A stretch of DNA of 64,000 nt from a phage. Every line of letters starts with the position of its first letter. The stretch's first letter is position 1. The notes beneath the pieces were generated by a model. The model was given only the letters and a program-made list of their open reading frames with translations. It made no database searches and was not told the origin of the DNA. The stretch lies in the sequence record PZ445451.1; one strand, given 5' to 3'. Below are positions 9,848-18,330 of the stretch, in pieces. The position numbers and the translations under genes were made by a program.

Positions 9848-10114
9848 CTAATTACTGTTAGATCTGTACTCTGTCTTCCATTCACAATGGTAAACTTCAA
9901 CAGGTTCTAACTTCCAGTGTTCAGGAACTAGTTCAGGACAATATCTACAAAAGAGAAATAGATAGATAACTAAGACAGGTATTAAATAGTAAAATGGTAT
10001 ACGATCATAACCATACTTACGAGATAACATGTAGACATATAGATAGGGTATAACAATTAATCCTATAACTATAAGTAAGAAGAGAAGTATAAACCTTAGT
10101 GTAGTAACATCCAT
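9848..10114 (-). CDS. Small membrane protein (88 aa)
   Basis: Track ORF; two strongly hydrophobic segments. Confidence 0.5.
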   Translation of the reverse strand: MDVTTLRFILLFLLIVIGLIVIPYLYVYMLSRKYGYDRIPFYYLIPVLVIYLFLFCRYCPELVPEHWKLEPVEVYHCEWKTEYRSNSN

Positions 10115-10278
10115 AGTATTCTCCTATACAGTAATATACTCTGTTCCTGCCCCTCCATGAGTGACAGGAACAATATCTATAGAGAATACTAACTCGCTTC
10201 GCTCGTCACCTTTCAGGTTTAGGGTAGCATGTTTTTCTGAAAAAGTCAATACTCTCCACAAAACTTTACAAAATACTT

Positions 10279-10551
10279 TTACATAGGTACAACAGAGTCT
10301 GTTTTGAAGTCGTACATATGATTTACACCTGTGATTTTTGACATAGAGATCGCACGTTTAGCACCTGCAATTACCTGGTCTGTCTTCTTAATCTCTTCAC
10401 GGAACTTACGCACAGTTAGAGAGAAGAAACGATGATCCATCCATTGACGATTCACACGATCACGCTTGAAGTGACGGAAATCTTCAATCTGTTTATTGCG
10501 CAATCGGCGCAGTACATGCAATAATTTATAGTAAGGGTGTTTATTTTTCAT
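10279..10551 (-). CDS. Hypothetical basic protein (90 aa)
   Basis: Track ORF. Confidence 0.5.
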   Translation of the reverse strand: MKNKHPYYKLLHVLRRLRNKQIEDFRHFKRDRVNRQWMDHRFFSLTVRKFREEIKKTDQVIAGAKRAISMSKITGVNHMYDFKTDSVVPM

Positions 10552-10554
10552 AAT

Positions 10555-10983
10555 TTATTCTCCAAATCGAAAATCGTCAATATCATCAAACCATACACAA
10601 TGGCGAGTCCTTTCTTTTTCTGTTGCAGACATTGTTTCAACAGCTTTAGGACTAAGCACAACAGGAATGTAACGAACAGGTCGTTCATAGTAGTAGCCAT
10701 ACTTTTCTGTATTAGCTGCCTCAAAGACTTTACGGCGTTCTTCAAGATCTTCTATGGTGAATCCTACCATATAACCATCATGTTTGCTACCCCATCCTTC
10801 CTCACTTTCAACAATCGGGATATAAAAGCCGTTACGCGTCCCTGACGCTGGTTTTTCTTGAGCCTGAAGGCAAGCCTCCCATCCTGCTTTAAAGACGTTA
10901 TAGAGCGATTTACGCACGTTATGAGTGCCGCTTTCGCTTGCTGGATAGAGTTCATTAAATTTATCTTGGATTTGTTGTGTCAT
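10555..10983 (-). CDS. Hypothetical protein (142 aa)
   Basis: Track ORF. Confidence 0.5.
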   Translation of the reverse strand: MTQQIQDKFNELYPASESGTHNVRKSLYNVFKAGWEACLQAQEKPASGTRNGFYIPIVESEEGWGSKHDGYMVGFTIEDLEERRKVFEAANTEKYGYYYERPVRYIPVVLSPKAVETMSATEKERTRHCVWFDDIDDFRFGE

Positions 10984-11126
10984 ACTCGCCCCTTAGTGAT
11001 TATTTGACCAGCTAAACAAATAGCTTGTAGTACAATAAAGAAGTAGCCTAATTTTACACTACCCAATACCCAGAATGCAATGTTTGCAAACAAACAAAAA
11101 GCAATATTAAGTCTAAAGAATAACAT
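10980..11126 (-). CDS. Small hydrophobic peptide (~48 aa)
   Basis: Manual ORF MLFFRLNIAFCLFANIAFWVLG.. whose ATG follows AAGGGG at the stop of the upstream gene and whose stop overlaps the downstream ATG (ATGA). Confidence 0.35.
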   Translation of the reverse strand: MLFFRLNIAFCLFANIAFWVLGSVKLGYFFIVLQAICLAGQIITKGRV

Positions 11127-11327
11127 TTAATCCCCTTCATATTTAGGTAAAGGCATATATGCCACAATAGGAGGGTAATCAAAGTGAAAATGATGGTTCA
11201 CCACAATAATCTTACCAGACATACTTTTATGCACTTCACAATACCCTTTTTCACCATCTTCCATTACCACCACATACTCACCTAGTGGGATATCGTATGG
11301 ATCTTCTACTTTTACCCATTCTGTCAT
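11127..11327 (-). CDS. Hypothetical protein (66 aa)
   Basis: Track ORF. Confidence 0.5.
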   Translation of the reverse strand: MTEWVKVEDPYDIPLGEYVVVMEDGEKGYCEVHKSMSGKIIVVNHHFHFDYPPIVAYMPLPKYEGD

Positions 11328-11593
11328 TTTGGAAATACCTCTTGTCCATCTTCATGCATTTGTAGTAAAGTTTCACAGATTTCATACACATTCTGGTATG
11401 TTACAACTGAGAGATCAGATTCTTGATCTTCGACAAGCATAGCACAAAGAGCTTTAATGTCAATACCTTTACAATGTTCCGTAGCTACACGGTACATTTC
11501 ACCATCCTCCCAAACAATTGGTTGCGGGAGCAAAACATCTGTACCATCTTCACAAGTTACAATGTAGTCTGCAATATTATCACGAATTTTCAT
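11324..11593 (-). CDS. Hypothetical protein (89 aa)
   Basis: Track ORF, 4-nt overlap with neighbours. Confidence 0.5.
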   Translation of the reverse strand: MKIRDNIADYIVTCEDGTDVLLPQPIVWEDGEMYRVATEHCKGIDIKALCAMLVEDQESDLSVVTYQNVYEICETLLQMHEDGQEVFPK

Positions 11594-11847
11594 TGTACTA
11601 CCCCCTTAAATCCAGATGTACTGCCAGTTTTAACTTTTGCTTTAAGATGTTCCAACTCTACCATAGGTGTTGCTACTTGTATAGGATTTTCCTCAACCTC
11701 ATAAATATAATATTCATAATAAGCATACTTACCAATAGAGTGCAGATACTTAATTGCATGTTCAGGCGAATCTGCTTCAACATACCCTAAATCTTTTGTG
11801 GTACGACCTTCGCAATCACCTTCGGTAGTTACATGATAAAGTGTCAT
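11590..11847 (-). CDS. Hypothetical protein (85 aa)
   Basis: Track ORF. Confidence 0.5.
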   Translation of the reverse strand: MTLYHVTTEGDCEGRTTKDLGYVEADSPEHAIKYLHSIGKYAYYEYYIYEVEENPIQVATPMVELEHLKAKVKTGSTSGFKGVVQ

Positions 11848-11996
11848 AAAACCTCCTCATAGTAAGGTAAAGCCTTGATCAGTTGTTCTGAAGTGCCATT
11901 TTGCACCCACGTAACACCATTGTCAACAGAAACATACCCTTTTTTGTCAATAAATTTACGCAGACAGTCAGTGAACTTGTTTTTGTAGATAACCAT
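11844..11996 (-). CDS. Small hypothetical protein (50 aa, MVIYKNKFTDCLRKF..)
   Basis: Manual ORF below size cut-off; AAGGAG SD upstream; stop overlaps downstream ATG (ATGA). Confidence 0.45.
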   Translation of the reverse strand: MVIYKNKFTDCLRKFIDKKGYVSVDNGVTWVQNGTSEQLIKALPYYEEVL

Positions 11997-12010
11997 GTTT
12001 ACTCCTTTGT

Positions 12011-12196
12011 CTATTGTTCTTTCTCAACTTTACGCAGTTCATCTCGGCAATTGTTTTGATATTTTTGATCATTTAGTTCCTCCTTTGTAAGGACTGTAAT
12101 TAGTAGTTCATTAACAAGTTTTGGAATTGATTTCCCTTCTGCCTTTGCGCGATTTAACAACGCGTTATAAGTTGCAGAGTCAAAATTAATATTCAT
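12011..12196 (-). CDS. Small protein, possibly ribbon-helix-helix DNA-binding
   Basis: Track ORF; 61 aa, N-terminal beta-strand-like segment then helices (..NRAKAEGKSIPKLVNELL..); fold assignment is a guess. Confidence 0.45.
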   Translation of the reverse strand: MNINFDSATYNALLNRAKAEGKSIPKLVNELLITVLTKEELNDQKYQNNCRDELRKVEKEQ

Positions 12197-12211
12197 TTGG
12201 TTTTCTCCTTA

Positions 12212-12568
12212 TTACATCCACAGATTATGGAAATACTTAGCAAACAAAATACGACCTTCTAAACGATCTTGCCGTTGTTTTTCATTAACTTCTTCCGGTG
12301 GAGTTGAGTCCTTAAAAGAAGACTCCATTTTTTCAAGAATTTCTAACCAGTGTTCTGCTGCTCGTTCTTCCATATAAGGTAGATAGTCACCTTTAGCGTG
12401 TGGGTACATCCGACGAAGTAACCCACTAGGAATTTTAATATTGTTTGTGGCTATCACTTTTGCACGATACGCAGAAAGTGCATTGTAGATCAGTTTACTT
12501 AGTGTCACATCTAGATCAAGAAGATCACTCTCTTCAAATTGAATTTCATCGTGTACAATTTTCATCAT
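12212..12568 (-). CDS. Hypothetical protein (118 aa)
   Basis: Track ORF. Confidence 0.5.
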   Translation of the reverse strand: MMKIVHDEIQFEESDLLDLDVTLSKLIYNALSAYRAKVIATNNIKIPSGLLRRMYPHAKGDYLPYMEERAAEHWLEILEKMESSFKDSTPPEEVNEKQRQDRLEGRILFAKYFHNLWM

Positions 12569-12849
12569 GCCTTCTCCCGATCTGCGTCTAATTTCAACAA
12601 GAAAGCTGTATACTCTTCCGAACCTTGGTGTAAAAACATGCGATAAGAGCTTACCAGTTTTTTCGTTGTTGTATAACGTTCCATTTCCCCAACAATACCT
12701 CCACCCAGTGTGTAGAGCACAACACCCTCAAACCCAACATGAGTTACTACTTCAACCAAATCTGTGTTATCCCAATGGTAGTTAGGTGACACAATAAGAT
12801 CGCCAACTGTCAGTTTAATGTTTGCTGCTTCGTCTTGTGAATAGTACAT
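12565..12849 (-). CDS. Hypothetical protein (94 aa)
   Basis: Track ORF. Confidence 0.5.
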   Translation of the reverse strand: MYYSQDEAANIKLTVGDLIVSPNYHWDNTDLVEVVTHVGFEGVVLYTLGGGIVGEMERYTTTKKLVSSYRMFLHQGSEEYTAFLLKLDADREKA

Positions 12850-12861
12850 TTTGTTCTCCTC

Positions 12862-13152
12862 TCACATTAAGACACGTTTTGTACCGATGGGAGCATTGTC
12901 GAACATGTTTATCACTTTGTCAAGTTTGTGTACTAACTCGTTCGTAATGTTCCACTCTTTGTATGATCTCCATTGTTTCTTATTCTCACCTACCTGGTGT
13001 AAAACTTTGATTGGTGCATTCAAACGTACATTGCGTTCTTTGTCCTCTTCAAAAGAGGCTAACCATTTTTCGTTATGCCCATGAACAGCAATAATAATGC
13101 CAAAACCATCAAAAGTTTCTGTAATATTCTTAGTTGCTAGTGTGATGTTCAT
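12862..13152 (-). CDS. Hypothetical protein (96 aa)
   Basis: Track ORF; first gene of the minus-strand block, divergent from 13272. Confidence 0.5.
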   Translation of the reverse strand: MNITLATKNITETFDGFGIIIAVHGHNEKWLASFEEDKERNVRLNAPIKVLHQVGENKKQWRSYKEWNITNELVHKLDKVINMFDNAPIGTKRVLM

Positions 13153-13271
13153 ATCTAACCTCTTTTGTTACGATACACACAGAGTACCAGAAATTAATTT
13201 CAGATCAAGTATTGACATACTGTTTTATTGTGCTAATCTTAATGCATACACAAACGAGAGGAGATAAACGA

Positions 13272-13823
13272 ATGCAAAACACCGATCTGACTTGGATAGA
13301 AGCTAAAGAAGCCATGTTAAAAGGCAAACGCGTTAAACATAAATACTTTTGCGAAGGAGAATGGTTTGAAATGCGTAACCGATCCCTTGTAGATGAAAAA
13401 GGGAATGACATGGGACAATGGTTCAAAAATGAAATTTGGCAGGGAACAGGTTGGTCTATAGTTGAAGAGCAGCCTAGCCCAAGCGCACTGTTTAGCCCTA
13501 TTATGTATCGCGTTATCGGTGCTTTAGTTGTTGATCACGGGATTGCAGTGGAAAAAGAATGCTGGGAAGAGGTATCTTTTTTCAACCTGGCTTCTTATGC
13601 AAAAAGCCATATGCACTTGTTTGAAGAAGGGGATGAATTTGTTCTTCGTATGCGATATGGCAAAGAATTCAGATTACCACTTGATAATGATGTAGACACT
13701 GTTGTAAAATGGTTAGCAGAGCATTACGCTTACGATGCAATTTGTGGTCGCAGCTTCGGCAACGAACGCTGGGACATGATTTGTGAAAAATATGATTTTG
13801 AGCCGGAGTACGGAGTTTTATAA
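13272..13823 (+). CDS. DUF2829 (Tad2-like) domain protein with extra C-terminal domain
   Basis: Track ORF; start moved to MQNTDLTW (GGAG SD). N-terminal ..WIEAKEAMLKGKRVKH..W(5)..GTGWSIVEE matches the DUF2829 pattern (..EAL.LLK.GKKV.R.GW ... DWEVVE) recalled from Thoeris anti-defence Tad2. Confidence 0.55.
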   Translation: MQNTDLTWIEAKEAMLKGKRVKHKYFCEGEWFEMRNRSLVDEKGNDMGQWFKNEIWQGTGWSIVEEQPSPSALFSPIMYRVIGALVVDHGIAVEKECWEEVSFFNLASYAKSHMHLFEEGDEFVLRMRYGKEFRLPLDNDVDTVVKWLAEHYAYDAICGRSFGNERWDMICEKYDFEPEYGVL

Positions 13824-14074
13824 TGTTAAGTATCAAACCTAAAATGATAACAGCAGATGAAGCAGACTTTATTTTCAAATGTGGACGTGTATGGAGAGAA
13901 TTCACAAAAGGGAATGAAGTGGTGGTTGTTGTCGAACACAAGATATCTATCCAGGATCTGTTTGGACAATATGTTGATGTTATTAAATTAGGTATTGACA
14001 AGGGTTTAGTTGAGGTGTTAACATTAGATCAAGTTGAAGCAGAGCACCTCGATAAAGTGGTGGTTGAATTTTAA
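13823..14074 (+). CDS. Hypothetical protein (83 aa)
   Basis: Track ORF, start overlaps upstream stop. Confidence 0.5.
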   Translation: MLSIKPKMITADEADFIFKCGRVWREFTKGNEVVVVVEHKISIQDLFGQYVDVIKLGIDKGLVEVLTLDQVEAEHLDKVVVEF

Positions 14075-14094
14075 AATACAGACGGGAGAAAGGT

Positions 14095-14268
14095 ATGAGT
14101 TTCTTTGTTACAGTATTTATGGCTATCTGGATTGTAGTCTCACTCGTTCTTTTCCTGGTGGGTTGTCTGGAAGAGATTAAGAAAGCGGTTATTTGCGGTT
14201 TCTTTGGCTTTATTATCTCTCCTGCCTGGATGTGGTTCTTCATTATGATTGGTTTCCTTAAAAGGTAA
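14095..14268 (+). CDS. Small membrane protein (57 aa, MSFFVTVFMAIWIVVSLVLFLVG..)
   Basis: Manual ORF below size cut-off; GGGAGAAAGG SD; two hydrophobic helices. Confidence 0.4.
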   Translation: MSFFVTVFMAIWIVVSLVLFLVGCLEEIKKAVICGFFGFIISPAWMWFFIMIGFLKR

Positions 14269-14282
14269 GTGAGGAATAAAGA

Positions 14283-14720
14283 ATGAGTAAAACAAACGCA
14301 ATCGCAGATAAAGCAACGGATGTACTTCTGAACATGGTTAACGTCACTATTCAAACAATGAGTGATGTTGTGGAGTTTGGAAAACAACAAATTCCAGAAG
14401 TAATCCATCAATTATTAGTGTGGAAAGCAGTATCCGCAGGTTTATGGCAACTTTTTAGTATTTGCTTTATGCTTATTACTTTTATTGCTGTGCGGAACAT
14501 CGTAAAAGCAATTAAAGATAAAGAATGCCTGTGGTCACGAGATCGTTATGGTGAAGTATCTGCTTTACCTATTGTTGGTCTTGTTGTCTGTGCTTTCTTT
14601 TTCTTTTTAGGGTTTGTTATTTTCTTTTCGAATTTTGATTGGCTAAAAATCATTATTGCACCAAAAGTGTATCTGATTGAATTTGCTGCTGATTTAATTC
14701 GTTCATCTCAACAAAGATAA
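14283..14720 (+). CDS. Membrane protein (145 aa)
   Basis: Track ORF; several hydrophobic segments. Confidence 0.5.
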   Translation: MSKTNAIADKATDVLLNMVNVTIQTMSDVVEFGKQQIPEVIHQLLVWKAVSAGLWQLFSICFMLITFIAVRNIVKAIKDKECLWSRDRYGEVSALPIVGLVVCAFFFFLGFVIFFSNFDWLKIIIAPKVYLIEFAADLIRSSQQR

Positions 14721-14732
14721 AAGGAGTTTAAA

Positions 14733-15860
14733 ATGAAATACACGATTTATGGTGATATTGTAAGTGTAAATAAAGATATGGGCGTGGAATCTAACTATCT
14801 TCCACCTGGATTCTATACTGTTAGTCGTGATCCCCTTGGCAATTATTTTTTAAGCCGTGGTAATCTGACAGGTGTACCGGATGTTCTGTATGGTGAAACA
14901 GAAAAACGAGCAAATCACGTTATTCGTACATTCCATCGCCGGAGTGCACAAGGTAAAAATACAGGCTTGCTTCTGACAGGAACTAAGGGCAGTGGTAAAA
15001 CTATGTTAGCCAAACTCATTAGTCGTGACCTTGTAGAAGAAGGTATTCCAACTATTATGGTTACTCAAGCCTACAGTGATGCTAATTTCATTGAACTTAT
15101 TAGCAAGATCACAGACAAAGCAGTCATTATTTTTGACGAGTTTGATAAAGTATATGAGAAGAAACAAGATCAAGAAGCACTTCTCACTTTATTAGATGGT
15201 ACTGGCAGTGGTAATAAACTGTTTATTCTGACTAAAAACAGTGGTTTTATCTCTGAATTCTTTTTAAATCGTCCTAGTCGTGTGTTTTATAATTTTAATT
15301 ATGATAAAATCTCACTAGAAACTATGATTGACTATTTAGATAAAAACCTGGATAACAAAGCACACTTTGATAATTTCCAAAGACTTTGGGATGTAAGTTT
15401 AGAGTTGTCCTTTGATGTGATCCAAGGTATAGTAGAAGAACTTAATTTCTATCCTGATTTATCCTTTAAAGAATGCATCTCTATGATGGGCGTTTCTTTG
15501 GGTGGTGGTAATAAATGGGATATCAGCAGCGTTGTTATTAATGGAAAACTTCAGAAAGTTAGCTGGGTATCTAGTTGGCATAACTTCACACCTGCAATCT
15601 TTTTAGGTGGTTCGTGCACACTAGACGTGTACTTGTCATCTCCAAGTGATGCAGACTCTAAAGAAGCCCTTGCTAATAGCTCTTACGTGGTTTTTGATGA
15701 TGAAGGCGATGCTCGAATTCCATTGAATGCGACAAAAATGAAAGCAGATCTTATTACAGGCGGTAAAATAGTTGTGTTTAGTGATGATCCAGAAGATTCT
15801 TTCCGTATTGTTCTGGAACCAACTATCACCAATGGTGCAACTTTGGCAAGTGTGTTTTAA
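14733..15860 (+). CDS. AAA+ ATPase
   Basis: Track ORF; Walker A LLLTGTKGSGKTMLAK, Walker B VIIFDEFDKV; followed by rho-independent terminator. Confidence 0.7.
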   Translation: MKYTIYGDIVSVNKDMGVESNYLPPGFYTVSRDPLGNYFLSRGNLTGVPDVLYGETEKRANHVIRTFHRRSAQGKNTGLLLTGTKGSGKTMLAKLISRDLVEEGIPTIMVTQAYSDANFIELISKITDKAVIIFDEFDKVYEKKQDQEALLTLLDGTGSGNKLFILTKNSGFISEFFLNRPSRVFYNFNYDKISLETMIDYLDKNLDNKAHFDNFQRLWDVSLELSFDVIQGIVEELNFYPDLSFKECISMMGVSLGGGNKWDISSVVINGKLQKVSWVSSWHNFTPAIFLGGSCTLDVYLSSPSDADSKEALANSSYVVFDDEGDARIPLNATKMKADLITGGKIVVFSDDPEDSFRIVLEPTITNGATLASVF

Positions 15861-15876
15861 GTAAGCCAGCAAATAA

Positions 15877-15900
15877 AAACCCGCTTCGGCGGGTTTTCTT
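15877..15900 (+). terminator. Rho-independent terminator (CCCGC-TTCG-GCGGG-TTTTCTT)
   Basis: Seen directly after AAA+ ATPase gene. Confidence 0.7.
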
Positions 15901-15934
15901 GTATTAATACCAGATTTAATAAGAGGAGTAATAG

Positions 15935-17338
15935 ATGACAGCACCAAAATCATGGGAACAATATAAAGAAGAATTAACACCCCTTGCTAAAAATCACAAT
16001 ATTCAAATCCTGGGTTATGTTGGGGAATGGAAAGGGAGCAAGACTAAACTTAAACTATCTTGCCCTGATCATGGAGAGTGGGAAAGTACCACAATCGCTA
16101 AATTTAAAACTAAAGGCAGTAAATGTTGCCCCGATTGCAATGGTCGTAGAAAAGTAACAGAAGAAAAGGAATGTATTTCCCTTGTTGATATTGCTAAAGA
16201 AAGAGGGTTTACTTTTATAGGTCTTGCCGAGGAGTGGCGAGGTGTGCGAACAAAAATTCGCATAGTTTGCCCTAAACATGGAGAGTGGAACACCACGCAC
16301 ATTATTGATTTTAGGAATGGACGTGGTTGTCCTATCTGTTCTGGTAAGAAGCCGTTAACATGGGAAACAGAATTACCGATCTTGGCAGAGATAGCACAGA
16401 AGAAGGGGTATCAGGTGTTAGGGTACGTTGGAAAATGGAAAGGGTGTTACACAAAACTTGATTTGTTGTGTCATTGTGGGAACAGATGGGATACTACAAG
16501 TATTAACAGTTTTAAAAATGGCAATGGTTGTCCTTTATGTAGGAGGGAGAATATAAGGAAGGCAAAAACAATATCCGACGATCAACATATTGCAGATTTC
16601 TTTTCTACAGGGAAATTTAAGGAAGGCACTATCTTCACCAATACAGGGAAACGTAGTTGTAGTAAATCAGGAGATATTATCTGGATGATCGAGTGTCCTG
16701 TTTGCTCCCATGATGAATATGTTCAAGCAGGTGTTTGCGATGGTAAATTTTACTCTAGAGGAAGTGATCTTAAACAAGGAAGTATCCCTTGCCGCTGTGC
16801 AACTAGCTATCATTATACAGAAAATCAGATTACCTACAAAGTGAGAAAGGAAATAGAAAAGAAAGGGTATGTCTGGGTAGATTGGATTACCAAACCATCT
16901 TCTATAGGTAAGTTTAAATATCTTTGTCTTGTACATGGGGAGCAGATAGGGAGTGCTCGTAACTTATTAACTCAAGGGTGTGGGTGTTCACAGTGTGCTG
17001 GTCATAGTCAACAGCAATTATATATTAATATTGTTAAAGATAATGATATTACAGTTGCTCTTAAGTTTGGCATAGCTAAAGATAGTGACAGGCGATTAAA
17101 CAGTCAAAATAGCCGTAATCTGTTTTTTATGGAGCGTATTTGTTTATATGATTTTAGTACAGTGAAACAGTGTAAGGCTGCTGAAAGAGCTATAAAGAAA
17201 AAATTAAAAACTGGTATCTTAACAGCAAGAGAGTTGAAAGATGGTTATACAGAAACAGTAAGTGTTTCTGATTTGGAAAATCTTCAAAAAATTATTACAC
17301 AATATGGTGGCAAATTAGTATACAGTAAGGAGATGTAA
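15935..17338 (+). CDS. Multi-zinc-ribbon repeat protein with C-terminal GIY-YIG/T5orf172-like putative nuclease domain
   Basis: Track ORF; about 6 tandem repeats of CP.HGEW.TT.I..F..G.GCP.C.G; C-terminus ..LYINIVKDNDITVALKFGIAKDSDRRLNSQN..FMERI..AERAIKKKL..GYTETVSVS resembles the GIY-YIG-like T5orf172 fold (inference). Confidence 0.6.
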   Translation: MTAPKSWEQYKEELTPLAKNHNIQILGYVGEWKGSKTKLKLSCPDHGEWESTTIAKFKTKGSKCCPDCNGRRKVTEEKECISLVDIAKERGFTFIGLAEEWRGVRTKIRIVCPKHGEWNTTHIIDFRNGRGCPICSGKKPLTWETELPILAEIAQKKGYQVLGYVGKWKGCYTKLDLLCHCGNRWDTTSINSFKNGNGCPLCRRENIRKAKTISDDQHIADFFSTGKFKEGTIFTNTGKRSCSKSGDIIWMIECPVCSHDEYVQAGVCDGKFYSRGSDLKQGSIPCRCATSYHYTENQITYKVRKEIEKKGYVWVDWITKPSSIGKFKYLCLVHGEQIGSARNLLTQGCGCSQCAGHSQQQLYINIVKDNDITVALKFGIAKDSDRRLNSQNSRNLFFMERICLYDFSTVKQCKAAERAIKKKLKTGILTARELKDGYTETVSVSDLENLQKIITQYGGKLVYSKEM

Positions 17339-17890
17339 ATGCGGATTACTGATAAGTATGTGTTCTTCTTTTCAGCAAAAGATGAATTTAGCAACTGGTA
17401 TCTATCATCTTTTATTGAACCTTTAGCACCCAAGTATAATAATTCTATTACAAGTTCTGTTGAATTTACTTGTGTGGAACAATATATGATGTGGAGAAAA
17501 GCATGTTTGTTTTATGATTACAGTATTGCATCTTCTATTTTAACCGGAGATCTAAGATATACAGGAGAAAAAGAACAAGCATATTATAAGCGACTAGGCA
17601 GATTAGTTAAAGATTATGATGAAGATACCTGGACTTCTTTACGGGAGAAGATTGTCAAACGTGGTTTGTATCTTAAATACACACAAAATGAAGATCTCAA
17701 AAATAAACTTATAGCCTACGCAGATAAGGAGTTCGTAGAGGCAAGCCCCTATGATTCTATTTATGGTATCAAAATGGGGATGTGGGATCGTGATGTGGAA
17801 AATAAGGACTGTTGGAAAGGACAAAATCTTTTAGGAAAATGGCATACAGACCTTGCTGTTTATCTAAAAACACAATCTGATATTTCCTGA
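17339..17890 (+). CDS. NADAR (YbiA/DUF1768) family protein
   Basis: Track ORF; FFFSAKDEFSNW..EQYMMWRKA..W..REKIVKRGLYLKYTQNEDLKNKL..EFVEASPYDSIYGIK..CWKGQNLLGK matches NADAR signature. Confidence 0.8.
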   Translation: MRITDKYVFFFSAKDEFSNWYLSSFIEPLAPKYNNSITSSVEFTCVEQYMMWRKACLFYDYSIASSILTGDLRYTGEKEQAYYKRLGRLVKDYDEDTWTSLREKIVKRGLYLKYTQNEDLKNKLIAYADKEFVEASPYDSIYGIKMGMWDRDVENKDCWKGQNLLGKWHTDLAVYLKTQSDIS

Positions 17891-18101
17891 TATTTTGAAA
17901 ATTTTTATTTTTATAAAAAGGGGTGTGGGTTTCATGTACGGAAATTCACCCTCTGCACAGTATATCCAGAGTAAGTAGTATTCTACACCCTGTTAATAAA
18001 GTATTTAATTTGTTTGTTGGACTATGGTATCTGATCTTTAAAAGGCATACTATCTCTTAACTACTACTTATAACAAAACAGTAAAATCATTTTTATAAAA
18101 A

Positions 18102-18307
18102 GGACAAAATTATTTAAAGTTTTTACAGATTTTTGGATACAAATTTTGAAAATGAAAAGTTCAAGTTTGGTCAAAATTATTTAAAGTTTTTGTACGTATT
18201 TCTATCCAGATTTTGAAAATGAAAACTTCAATTTTTTAAAAATTCCCCAGTTTATTTAAAGTTTTTTTGCCTTTTTCCGTAGAAAAATCAAAAATGAAAA
18301 GTTCAAT
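18102..18307. repeat. Three tandem ~65-70 bp direct repeats (TATTTAAAGTTTTT ... TTTTGAAAATGAAAAGTTCAA)
   Basis: Seen directly: copies start near 18109, 18176 and 18249, in a convergent intergenic region. Confidence 0.7.
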
Positions 18308-18330
18308 TTCGTGTTTTTATAGGTGTGCGT

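Noticed and set aside
16055-16936. Minus-strand ORFs inside the zinc-ribbon repeat gene (16055..16300, 16069..16302, 16667..16936)
   Set aside because: Antisense shadow ORFs within a well-supported plus-strand gene
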